Of a stretch of DNA of 52,563 bases, positions 37,559 to 46,364 are shown piece after piece (position 1 is the stretch's first letter; the number at the start of each line of letters is the position of its first letter). Position numbers and translations under genes: made by a program. Source of the DNA: a virus (lineage: Duplodnaviria; Caudoviricetes). The stretch is from IMG/VR virus record IMGVR_UViG_3300020183_004978, positions 1 through 52,563 of that record; one strand, 5' to 3'. Under the pieces are notes generated by a model. That model did not search any database. It saw nothing but the letters and a program-made list of their open reading frames with translations, and was not told where the DNA came from.

Positions 37559-37662
37559 TTTTTTACTCTTGATTTTGGATTGCTTATTGAGAGAGTGAAA
37601 GCAATATAAGTATTGTGTGTGCAATAGGAACGTATTGAAACGCTCCATTTTTCAATAAATAT
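37559..37662 (-). promoter_or_regulatory. ATATTTAT motif followed by a structured leader of about 95 nt
   Basis: Stems GGAGCGT/ACGTTCC, TATTG/CAATA, ATTGCTT/AAGCAAT. Confidence 0.5.
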
Positions 37663-37694
37663 CTATATTTTCGGTAAAATTCAAATATACAAAT

Positions 37695-37721
37695 AAAAAA
37701 AGGGAGGCTAACGCCTCCCTT
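37695..37721 (-). terminator. Rho-independent terminator
   Basis: AGGGAGGC-GTTA-GCCTCCCT followed by a T run. Confidence 0.88.
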
Positions 37722-37748
37722 GCTAACTCCTATACTACCTACTAAAAA

Positions 37749-38069
37749 TTATTGAAAGTGTTGACGTATGATGTCTATTACGTCCTCTAAATCAAATCCG
37801 TCGTCCATGAGAGACTCTATGCCCGATATCACTTTATTTCCTCCAAGGCCCATAAACCTATCTTGATACATCTCATCGCTATACTCGTCCGGTTCTGGTT
37901 CGTATATATTTTCTGGGGAGGGAGGAGTTAGGTCCATTGCTTCTTCCACCGATTCGTTTTTATCTACACCTTCATTTATCTGCTTTTTACCGTAATTAGC
38001 GGTATCTTTTGAGTATGGACCGGTTTGATTCTCCATGATCCACGACTTAAAGTTGAAATTGTCTTGCAT
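37749..38069 (-). CDS. Acidic hypothetical protein, possibly an internal head protein
   Basis: 106 aa with its own ATATTTAT motif; IME, INE, VEE motifs. Confidence 0.65.
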   Translation of the reverse strand: MQDNFNFKSWIMENQTGPYSKDTANYGKKQINEGVDKNESVEEAMDLTPPSPENIYEPEPDEYSDEMYQDRFMGLGGNKVISGIESLMDDGFDLEDVIDIIRQHFQ

Positions 38070-38111
38070 GTTTTTTAGTTTACTGATAATAAATATGCGA
38101 CTTTTGGGATG

Positions 38112-38196
38112 TGCCTCAGACGGGAATCGAACCCATACGAGCTTTCAGCTCAACAGATTTTAAGTCTGTCTTGTCTACCTATTCCAACACCGAGGC
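38112..38196 (-). tRNA. tRNA-Leu(TAA)
   Basis: GCCTCGG acceptor stem, ACAGA-CTTAAAA-TCTGT anticodon arm, long variable arm, GGTTCGATTCC; CCA not encoded. Confidence 0.93.
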
Positions 38197-38236
38197 TAGT
38201 AGTTTAGTCTTTCAACGTTCTAACGATATTTTTTAG

Positions 38237-38309
38237 TGGACTCTCACGGGCTTGAACCGTGGACCTAATGATTATGAGTCATTTGCTCTACCAACTGAGC
38301 TAAGAGTCC
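38237..38309 (-). tRNA. tRNA with CAT anticodon (probably Ile2/lysidine; elongator Met possible)
   Basis: GGACTCT/AGAGTCC acceptor stem, AATGA-CTCATAA-TCATT, GGTTCAAGCC; lacks initiator features; CCA not encoded. Confidence 0.9.
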
Positions 38310-38318
38310 AGTGTACAT

Positions 38319-38477
38319 TTATAGGTCCTTAGTTCTCCTGAAGTGTCCAGACACGCTAAAAACTACAAGCACGAATAGAAGAAGGGCAAACCAAACGTCG
38401 ACCTTCTCTGCGACCCATATTATAGCAAAGGGAGAGAATATTGCGCTGATAAGTACGAGGAAGGACTTGTTGCTCAT
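38319..38477 (-). CDS. Small membrane protein (52 aa, two hydrophobic segments)
   Basis: MSNKSFLVLISAIFSPFAIIWVAEKVDVWFALLLFVLVVFSVSGHFRRTKDL. Confidence 0.6.
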   Translation of the reverse strand: MSNKSFLVLISAIFSPFAIIWVAEKVDVWFALLLFVLVVFSVSGHFRRTKDL

Positions 38478-38499
38478 AAGCTTTGTTGTTGCTACAAGT

Positions 38500-38507
38500 C
38501 AAATATA
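38500..38507 (-). promoter_or_regulatory. Possible Bacteroidota-type -7 promoter element for the small ORF and tRNAs
   Basis: TATATTTG fits TAnnTTTG; no clearly spaced -33 TTTG. Confidence 0.4.
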
Positions 38508-38544
38508 ATAGTCTCCTGATCGCGAATATCGTTTTGGAATCAAG

Positions 38545-38841
38545 TTATAAATCCCACTTTAAGATTACGGTCGTGTCGCTGTAACTGGAGACTGGAATTG
38601 GGGTAGAAACCTTGCCTACGACCAAGAGCTCGTTCCTATCGTTGTATAGTCCTACTGTGGTAAAGTAAGGTCTAAAGTCTGATCCTGTAGCGAAGTCCCT
38701 TACGTCGCCAAAACTACCCGTTCTAAGAGTGGGATTTAGGCTGTAATTGAAATCGTTCTGCTCTATGACGCAGCGAACCTCCCTTTGGTATACGGTGGTT
38801 TCTGCTTGTAGGTCTACTTTAAACGTTTGGTAACTTGGCAT
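38545..38841 (-). CDS. Stand-alone structural domain (TTVGLYN..NELL.V.K...P family)
   Basis: Similar by eye to the C-terminus of 51977..52563; own ATATTTAT motif at 38847-38854. Confidence 0.75.
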   Translation of the reverse strand: MPSYQTFKVDLQAETTVYQREVRCVIEQNDFNYSLNPTLRTGSFGDVRDFATGSDFRPYFTTVGLYNDRNELLVVGKVSTPIPVSSYSDTTVILKWDL

Positions 38842-38862
38842 ATAGAATAAATATTCCTAGGA

Positions 38863-40539
38863 TTAGTTCTCTCTCCTATCCTCCCTAGAATAAAATTCAA
38901 ACCTATCGTGTTCTGTAGGAGTGGCTAAAAGTATTCCTGGATATATTCTTCCTTTCATAGTTTCTTGATATATGTAAGACATCCAAGTCTGTTCGTAGGG
39001 ATGAGCCCACTTCGTCTCCAAGAACATCTTTCTGTTTCCCTCTTTTGATACTGTTTGCGGCCAATTACAGTAGTACACTTCTCCAGTGGCGTAAGGCACA
39101 CCCGTGTGAGACTTTATGTTTTTGAAGTTCGTAAAAGGCTCCTTTCCATAATCGTTTTCGGATTTGTTGGGGTGTTCTGGAAAATACTTCTCTCTTACGT
39201 CTTGGGGTATGTTATACCACGCCCACTGTCTTGAGTTGTCTCCGAAGAATTCTGTGAAGTTCCACTTGAGAAAATCAAAATTTTCTTTGAGCATTAGGCT
39301 CATCATTTTATCGTAAAAATCTTCTATTTTTCTTATGAAACCGCTTCTGCAAAATTCGTCTTTTCCCAAATAAAAAAACATGTCGTCTTCGAAGAAGAAG
39401 TGAAAATCTAAATCGTTTTCTTCGGCGTGTTCAGCTATGAACTGTCTTGCTCCGCATATGCCTATATTATTTTTGTGTATCTCTTCAAAACCGTATTTAT
39501 CGCACAGAAGATCGTAATCGCGGAATGTTTTTTCGTCCGTAGAGTTGTTGATTAGGTACTTTTTGGGCTTATTCAAAAAAGAATTGTCGTAAATATCAAA
39601 AGACGTGCAAAGCTTTTCAAATTGTTTCGGAGAGTTAAAAGTTAAAACGTACAGCGCAACTTTTACATCTTCAACGCTTTTCACCTCTTTTAACTCAATT
39701 TTCTCTTGCTTTGACACCAGCGAATCGTTTTTAAGGTCTTCAAAAAACTTACCCAATAATCCGTTTGATTCTATTTCGTAGTACTGTATTAATTCTGGGT
39801 ACAAATACGTCATTATAGTGAATACGCTCTCTTCGGTACCCATTAAGCCTTCGCTTAGGGTTTGATTGAGAATGCCGTAATAAATAGAATTTATTTCTTT
39901 GATGGACGATTTTGGTCCTCCAAATATTCCTCCTCTAGCAACTTTATCTACTTCAGCTTTAGAATACTGACACATATCTTTGTATGTGAATCCGTGAATT
40001 TCTACTTTTCCATCGTAAGGAAAACAAACGAAGCTAAACTTATTGAAGTACTTGTCTATCTTTTGAATAACCTTATCGTGCCAAAAATAACCCTCGTGTA
40101 CAGTATTGGTTAAGGCTCCGTCTATCCACACCAAATGAGAAGACCCAAACGGATCCAATATCGCAGCGTCGTTTAGCAAAAACATCTTAGACATTACTAT
40201 CAGGTTGTAATACTCTAATTTTGCTTGCGTGCTTTCTGTTAGCCAAGATGATTGGCTAAACCAATCTGGGTTTACTCTTATCTTTTCTATCTTTTTAAAT
40301 AGATCTCCGTTTTTTAAAAACCACTCTAAGCCTCTAACGATAACACGGGTATTGTGTTTTTTTCTTCTCTTCCAAACAAAATTTTCGTACTCTTCCTCTA
40401 TAAAAATAATCATATTGTCTTCTACTTTCATTAACTTTTCTAAGTTATTCAAGTAGTGTTCGAAACTTCTACTCCAACCCTCGGTTAGAGTGTCTCTTTT
40501 AATATTCCAAATGCCCGTAACTATGGTGATTTTACTCAT
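38863..40539 (-). CDS. HtrL/YibB(WlaTC)-like glycosyltransferase fused to a second GT-A domain
   Basis: TIVTG.W.I.R..W.RSF..Y, Y...VMSK..L, WIDG, GG.FGG, GTEE; second domain has GICGARQ, FFEDDM. Confidence 0.75.
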   Translation of the reverse strand: MSKITIVTGIWNIKRDTLTEGWSRSFEHYLNNLEKLMKVEDNMIIFIEEEYENFVWKRRKKHNTRVIVRGLEWFLKNGDLFKKIEKIRVNPDWFSQSSWLTESTQAKLEYYNLIVMSKMFLLNDAAILDPFGSSHLVWIDGALTNTVHEGYFWHDKVIQKIDKYFNKFSFVCFPYDGKVEIHGFTYKDMCQYSKAEVDKVARGGIFGGPKSSIKEINSIYYGILNQTLSEGLMGTEESVFTIMTYLYPELIQYYEIESNGLLGKFFEDLKNDSLVSKQEKIELKEVKSVEDVKVALYVLTFNSPKQFEKLCTSFDIYDNSFLNKPKKYLINNSTDEKTFRDYDLLCDKYGFEEIHKNNIGICGARQFIAEHAEENDLDFHFFFEDDMFFYLGKDEFCRSGFIRKIEDFYDKMMSLMLKENFDFLKWNFTEFFGDNSRQWAWYNIPQDVREKYFPEHPNKSENDYGKEPFTNFKNIKSHTGVPYATGEVYYCNWPQTVSKEGNRKMFLETKWAHPYEQTWMSYIYQETMKGRIYPGILLATPTEHDRFEFYSREDRREN

Positions 40540-41407
40540 TGATTCCGTTAATTTCTTCTAATATTTTATAAAAGCTCTTATTTACTTTAAAAAAATCTTG
40601 AGGCGCTTCTTTGTAATTGTCTTCATGCCACCACACATCGAAATTTAGCGTTTTAAACCACTCCTTATGATTTTGGTACATTAACCCCATTATGTGCTCT
40701 TCAAAATATAATCTCTTTTCTTCTTTAGAAATTAATCTTAAATAAAAATCAAACTTATCGACTATTTTGTTCCATAAATCTACTTTTCCACCAAAAAAAC
40801 CTCCTATTATATGCACACTTTTATCGTATTTTGTATAGTATCTCTCATTAACCGTGCCATCCCAGTAATTACGAAAGTTTTCTTTAGCTACTATAACAAA
40901 CTTATCTTCTGAAGATGAAATTAAATTTTCCAAAAATTTATCATTAAATAGAGTGCTTTCAAAGTATCCTCTATACCCAAGCATTGGCAGATATTTGTTA
41001 GGTATTATTCCTGTGTGAGATAAACCAGCATCAAACCAAAAATAATAATCGTACGTTCTATCTTCTTTTTTAAACCAAGAAAACTTAGAATATTGTATTT
41101 CCACGCATCTATCGGATTTTTTTGTTGCCTCAAAATCTTTTATAGAATTGATCATTTCTGCATATTCTGTCTTAGCTATATCGTATACTTGAAATTTTAA
41201 TTTATCTTGTGAAACTTGGTGAGTTTCATAAAAGAAATTTTTTAAATCTTCTATCTCTCTTTCAGATGTATAGCATAAAAAATCTGCTTCAGACATCTTT
41301 AAAAGTGATAAAAGGCTAAATCTATAATGATCTTTTCTACCAGACCTTCCTCCTAAGTCACCTCCATATAGGTCAGAATAAATACACGTTGTTATTTTAA
41401 CTTTCAT
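40532..41407 (-). CDS. HtrL/YibB-like glycosyltransferase
   Basis: IQYSK, YFWFDAGL, IIGGFFGG, EE.IM motifs. Confidence 0.7.
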   Translation of the reverse strand: MKVKITTCIYSDLYGGDLGGRSGRKDHYRFSLLSLLKMSEADFLCYTSEREIEDLKNFFYETHQVSQDKLKFQVYDIAKTEYAEMINSIKDFEATKKSDRCVEIQYSKFSWFKKEDRTYDYYFWFDAGLSHTGIIPNKYLPMLGYRGYFESTLFNDKFLENLISSSEDKFVIVAKENFRNYWDGTVNERYYTKYDKSVHIIGGFFGGKVDLWNKIVDKFDFYLRLISKEEKRLYFEEHIMGLMYQNHKEWFKTLNFDVWWHEDNYKEAPQDFFKVNKSFYKILEEINGINE

Positions 41408-41408
41408 C

Positions 41409-42125
41409 TTATTCTCTCATTTTTACGCACATATCAAAATCAAGATACTTTGAATCTAACTTATCCGGATAATATGCATTCCAATTATACGTCATAATAT
41501 AATGATTTGAATCTACCGTTTTATTTATGTCTGAAAAATCTTTTTTTTGAGTTATTAATGGTAATTTTGCAGAAAACGATTGTAATTTTGGATAAAGTCC
41601 TAGATACATAAATTCGTCTATGGGTTTTTGTCTATGAAAATTTTCTATTATTTTATTAGTGTCCCACTCTCTAATACATTCGCATGCTATTTTGGTTAAT
41701 ATGAACCCCGATGTACCAAAAATACCCCTATGTTCGTTTATGTCTTTTGGCGGAACTTTAGTCAAATCTACTAAATTTTCTGAAAATTTATTTAGAGGTC
41801 TATGTATAGAAGGGGCGAAATGAAAAAAACACCAATCAATATTACTTAATTCTTCTTCTATAAGAGGTATCATTTTTTTTGCGTACGGCATAAAAAATAT
41901 ATCGTCTTCAAAAACCATTGCATATTCGTAACCTCGCTCTAGTATAATATTTGCTACTTTTTGATGAGAATACGCGCAACCCATATAACTATCTGTATCA
42001 ATCGCATCAAATCTCTCAAAATCCCAATCCATGTAATCAAACTCCTTTCTAACAGATTCTAATCTATCTTTTCTTCTCTCTAAATTAATTACAAATTTTG
42101 GAATAGTCTTAAAATTAATTTTCAT
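41409..42125 (-). CDS. Glycosyltransferase family 25
   Basis: VINLERRKDR, RFDAID, GCAYSH, VFEDD. Confidence 0.85.
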   Translation of the reverse strand: MKINFKTIPKFVINLERRKDRLESVRKEFDYMDWDFERFDAIDTDSYMGCAYSHQKVANIILERGYEYAMVFEDDIFFMPYAKKMIPLIEEELSNIDWCFFHFAPSIHRPLNKFSENLVDLTKVPPKDINEHRGIFGTSGFILTKIACECIREWDTNKIIENFHRQKPIDEFMYLGLYPKLQSFSAKLPLITQKKDFSDINKTVDSNHYIMTYNWNAYYPDKLDSKYLDFDMCVKMRE

Positions 42126-42876
42126 AAATTAAATGGTTTTTGTTGTCATAACCTCTTCTATGTACAAATATTACTGAACCTATTTCGGTAGCCTTTTCTA
42201 TATTTCTGTTTAAGTCAGTCCAATAACCATAAGTGTCTATGTCGTTAGTTGGGCAATTATACCTAACAGATAATATAGAAAGAATGCTCTGATCATGTCT
42301 ATGATTATTTGAAAAACCATCTATGCACCCAGGTATTTGAGCATATTTCCAACCTTCTATTATCATTTGTTTATACTTCCCTTCACTTTTGAATCCAAAA
42401 ATACCTGAAGATAGTTGTTTTCCGTTCAACTCGTCTTCGGTAGCATGCATAATTTTTATACAATCTTCGTGAGTAAAATTTTTATTTACGTGAGTGTCTC
42501 CGACTAAAAATATATCTTCACTATCTATTAAATCAAATATGGGCTTTAAACTTTTTAGTGCACAAACTCCTGCGTCTAGCCATAAAACATTTTTGGAAAC
42601 CTGAATAGAATCATATAAAGACTCCATTTTTAAGAAATGACATTTTGTTTTTATTGAAGATATGTTTTTATAAAAATCATAATTTTTATTTGCGTCTACT
42701 AAAAAAACTTTTTTAAGATTTTTCAATCTTGATATCTCTGATGCGTCTAATCCAAAATCACATACAAAGATAGCATCTACCAAATGTAAGCTATCTTTAT
42801 GAATGCTACTTATTAAGGTCAATAAAGATTCAAAATATGGACTATTAGCTCCAGTTATTACGATATTGTTATGCAT
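42115..42876 (-). CDS. DUF1647-like GT-A fold protein
   Basis: ITGA.S.YF, DFGL, LWLDAG, HRHDQSILSIL. Confidence 0.7.
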   Translation of the reverse strand: MHNNIVITGANSPYFESLLTLISSIHKDSLHLVDAIFVCDFGLDASEISRLKNLKKVFLVDANKNYDFYKNISSIKTKCHFLKMESLYDSIQVSKNVLWLDAGVCALKSLKPIFDLIDSEDIFLVGDTHVNKNFTHEDCIKIMHATEDELNGKQLSSGIFGFKSEGKYKQMIIEGWKYAQIPGCIDGFSNNHRHDQSILSILSVRYNCPTNDIDTYGYWTDLNRNIEKATEIGSVIFVHRRGYDNKNHLIYEN

Positions 42877-43684
42877 TTTTATTGTTTATGTAAGTTTGTA
42901 TTATTTTCTCTGGAAACATATATTTTTTTGCCAATTCAAAATTAGCTTTTACTGAATCTATTTTTGATAGATACAGTTCGGGCGTTAACGTGTCTAAAAT
43001 TTGTGCTACATGTTCCGGTTCTGTGAAAAAGAACATGCCGTTAGAATCAAAAAATTTCCCTATATTTTTTATTCCTAAATAAATTGGAACTGTTCCTGAT
43101 AGAAAACAATCTAATAGTTTTTCGGAAAAATAATCTCCATCATCATTATTTTCTATGACTATAGAAAACCTATAGTCTTTTAAACCTTTTATTTTAAAAT
43201 CTATGGGTTTTTCTGGTCCCGTGCCATAAAAATCGACTTTATTGTGTTTTATAGCTTCATACACTCTAAATCTCATTTTGTGATAAGAATTCCATTGTTT
43301 GCAAGAAAAAATAAAACTTGTCATTTTAGATTTTTCATGTAAGTTAATATCTTCTTCTCTTAGCCACGTCCCTCCATGGGGAACATACACCGCATTTTCT
43401 GCTCTATTTAGCATATCAGTACTATGAGTGAAAATATTTTTAAAATTATTTTTACTTTTTACTACGTTATTGTAATTATCTCCATTTATTATAGAAGGTT
43501 CTACTATCCAAGCATAGTTTTGTTTATCTTCTCTTATTTTAGACGTGAAACACATTCTGTCTACGTATATTGCTATATCGTATTCTTCTGTGTTTCTAGT
43601 CCAATCGACTCCTGGATGTATATATCTCGATAAACCGGGTTGACCGATTAAGTTTTCATCAAATAGCTTAATAATCTCATTCAT
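42869..43684 (-). CDS. GT10-like (alpha-1,3-fucosyltransferase family) glycosyltransferase
   Basis: YRFSIVIEN...DYFSEKLLDCF..GTVPIYLG, the GT10 donor-binding motif. Confidence 0.85.
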   Translation of the reverse strand: MNEIIKLFDENLIGQPGLSRYIHPGVDWTRNTEEYDIAIYVDRMCFTSKIREDKQNYAWIVEPSIINGDNYNNVVKSKNNFKNIFTHSTDMLNRAENAVYVPHGGTWLREEDINLHEKSKMTSFIFSCKQWNSYHKMRFRVYEAIKHNKVDFYGTGPEKPIDFKIKGLKDYRFSIVIENNDDGDYFSEKLLDCFLSGTVPIYLGIKNIGKFFDSNGMFFFTEPEHVAQILDTLTPELYLSKIDSVKANFELAKKYMFPEKIIQTYINNKNA

Positions 43685-43689
43685 ATTTT

Positions 43690-44448
43690 TTATTTTTGAT
43701 ACAATAATCTCAATATGTTATCTATTGATTTTTTATTTTCTTCTCTATTGTAAGGTCTCGGAAAATGACAATCTATATACGCATCTTGAGTAATTTTATT
43801 AAAATCGTACCTATTCCAATAATCTCTATCTAGTCTATCTGTAGCATAGCCTTCTCTAAATCCTCTAGAAAGTTTTATTATTCTGTGTTCATTATCTATT
43901 TCAAAATCTCGTACACATTTTCCTATATATAACTCATCTGTATCCCACTTTCTATTATGTTGTATGTCAAAACTATCTAACCTCTCAATAAATTCATAAT
44001 ATGAGCAATTTAATTTTAATATTTCTTTATACGTGCTTCCCATTGCTAAATTATAGCACATGGGATATCTCGTTTGTCTATAATATCCGTAAGCGTCAGA
44101 AGTGTATATTACAATTTGATCGTCTTTTGCATTATTAGCATTATTTAAAAAATAAGATTTTAACATCGGTAACATATCGATGTCAGAAGTTAAATACGTT
44201 TTATGTTCATATAATGAAGTCGCATACAATCTAGCGACTTGAGATTGAAAAGAAGTTTCTATGTTTTTTACTTTTTTGTAACCTACTATTATGCAGTTTT
44301 CTTCTTCTTTAATAAAATTTTCTTCCCCTATTATTACTAATATAGGAGTAACTCCTATAACGTTATTCCAAGCATCTTTTATTATTTGCCAAAAACCATC
44401 ATACTCTGGATTATTATCAGTTGCTACTATAACATAATCTATATTCAT
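43690..44448 (-). CDS. Putative GT-A fold glycosyltransferase
   Basis: Q..RL, TSDIDMLP (DxD), YPMCY, W.TDE, D.H.PRP. Confidence 0.6.
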   Translation of the reverse strand: MNIDYVIVATDNNPEYDGFWQIIKDAWNNVIGVTPILVIIGEENFIKEEENCIIVGYKKVKNIETSFQSQVARLYATSLYEHKTYLTSDIDMLPMLKSYFLNNANNAKDDQIVIYTSDAYGYYRQTRYPMCYNLAMGSTYKEILKLNCSYYEFIERLDSFDIQHNRKWDTDELYIGKCVRDFEIDNEHRIIKLSRGFREGYATDRLDRDYWNRYDFNKITQDAYIDCHFPRPYNREENKKSIDNILRLLYQK

Positions 44449-45101
44449 AAGAGAGTGTTATTATTTAATACCCATATTGAATCTGACTGAATCGCGTCTT
44501 CGGCTACATATTTAAAATATAGCTGTACATATTTTTTTTTCTGTAAATATTTTTTTATTTCTTCGTACATTGTTTGATTTTTCCATATTTCTGTATGTTC
44601 GCATTCTATATGAAAAGATAGTATATTATGTATTTTTTCTTTAAAACTTAATAAAACTTCATATGTTAACCCTTCTACGTCTATTTTGCAAAGATCTATT
44701 TTTTTATTTATCCTTTTTATCAAATCCTCTCCCGTAATAGTTTTTATTTTTATTTTTTGTAAACCTGAACCTTGTCTTTCGTACCACGTATCCTTTCTAT
44801 TATATAGAGAACTGGTGCCTGCATCTGCTCCTAAAACTTGATAAAAAATTCTTTCTCCTCTTTCTATATAGATTGCATCCTTTATTATATTAAAATTAGG
44901 ATAATCTTTACTTATTTTTTCGTATTGTATTGGATTAGGCTCTACTACCCACACGTTTTCGTCTTTTATATCGAAATTTTTTCTTAACGCATTTGCATCA
45001 TGACCGTGCATAGAACCTATTTCTAATACGACTTTAGGATTTATATTAGTTTTTTGTTTTATTGTATTAATATATTCTATCATACTTTTATAGATAACCA
45101 A
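44445..45101 (-). CDS. FkbM family methyltransferase
   Basis: LEIGS..G.D, VEPNP, KIDVEG..YEVL, QSD.IW. Confidence 0.85.
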   Translation of the reverse strand: MVIYKSMIEYINTIKQKTNINPKVVLEIGSMHGHDANALRKNFDIKDENVWVVEPNPIQYEKISKDYPNFNIIKDAIYIERGERIFYQVLGADAGTSSLYNRKDTWYERQGSGLQKIKIKTITGEDLIKRINKKIDLCKIDVEGLTYEVLLSFKEKIHNILSFHIECEHTEIWKNQTMYEEIKKYLQKKKYVQLYFKYVAEDAIQSDSIWVLNNNTLL

Positions 45102-46359
45102 CGATCCTATTTACCCAACCTTTAGATTCAGAGTGTGGCCAAACTACCCAATATTTAGGTTGAGTAACTGTTTGAAACTCTCTCCATATTTTACAAAATC
45201 CATCTGTGTCCTGCATTAAGCGCTGTATTTCCTCTTTAGTTATGTCTTGTCTGTGAACCGTTTCTTCGTTCTCGCCGTGAAAAGCTACCACCCAAAAATC
45301 GTAGTCTTTTTCTGGCAGAGATCCGTGACCCACGTCTATGCAGTGTTTGAAGACCCTAGAAAAAGAAGACAGCCACAGTTCCTCGTCTTCTATTGGTGGA
45401 TTTGGAGGGTAGTAGTTGTCTATGGTATACTTTTGAATTGCTCTCCTACTAAACAGCATACCTGCGTACTTTTCGTAATCTCTCAGCGTTCTAACTTTAC
45501 CAAAACCGTAGGGACCATCGTGACCTTCTTGTTCCAGTCCATCCATGCCAAAAAGTTTCCTATTTATCAAGTGAGACTTTGCGTTTTTCTCTGACCACTG
45601 CGGATCGTCTCCCCAAACCTGCTTCCTGTAGCTCCTGGTGTACTCATGCCAGCATATAACTTTATGGGGATGGAATATATCGTATCCCCAAGAGTAAGCT
45701 CTGGCAGCTATCGAGATCTCTTCCCCGTGAAACAGGTAATCGGGGTTGTGTTGAACCTCCTCGCAAAACTTTCCAAGCGTAAAACAGAAGTGAGCAGAGA
45801 AAAACCTACCTGGAACGGGGAGCGTCCTCTCTTGCCAGTTCTTTACGGTCTCGGGTTTGAAAAATACCGCACCTTCTGGTATGAACCTATCGAAGACCAT
45901 TTGCCAAGGTTCTTGTGCGCGACCTTCCGGATCGTTGTGAGGTTGGTAAGAAGAAACGTAAGCGGTTAATAGAGGTTTCTTGTGTCCCTCTTTTTGTAAA
46001 TCTTTGACCATCTTGATCAACTCTTGGTCCCAATTCTTTACGAATCTGTGATGTGAGTCCAAGTGCAAAGTATACTCTTGTTTTGGCAACTCCTGTTCGC
46101 AGTAAAGCTTTTGCAGAGAGTTTCTTGCCCAGCAAACGCCCTTGGTTTCTTTGTAGTGAACGTCTATTATCTTGAACCTACTATCTTCTTTGTACTTGGA
46201 TAGGTCGTCGAAACCATCCTCTGGGTTGTACTGTCTACAGATGGCTATGGTAAGCTTTTCTGGGTTTTTTGCGTTAGCTAAAAGATCTTCTATGGTAGGT
46301 ATCAACTCTGGATCCCTGTAAGAAGCTATCTGAACGAATATAGTATTTTTATTACTCAT
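45088..46359 (-). CDS. GT60-like polypeptide/hydroxyproline GlcNAc transferase, paralog 2
   Basis: IFVQIASYRDPE, GVCWAR, LDSHHRF..NWD, FHGEEI..AARA..WGYD.F.P. Confidence 0.8.
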   Translation of the reverse strand: MSNKNTIFVQIASYRDPELIPTIEDLLANAKNPEKLTIAICRQYNPEDGFDDLSKYKEDSRFKIIDVHYKETKGVCWARNSLQKLYCEQELPKQEYTLHLDSHHRFVKNWDQELIKMVKDLQKEGHKKPLLTAYVSSYQPHNDPEGRAQEPWQMVFDRFIPEGAVFFKPETVKNWQERTLPVPGRFFSAHFCFTLGKFCEEVQHNPDYLFHGEEISIAARAYSWGYDIFHPHKVICWHEYTRSYRKQVWGDDPQWSEKNAKSHLINRKLFGMDGLEQEGHDGPYGFGKVRTLRDYEKYAGMLFSRRAIQKYTIDNYYPPNPPIEDEELWLSSFSRVFKHCIDVGHGSLPEKDYDFWVVAFHGENEETVHRQDITKEEIQRLMQDTDGFCKIWREFQTVTQPKYWVVWPHSESKGWVNRIVGYL

Positions 46360-46364
46360 AGATT

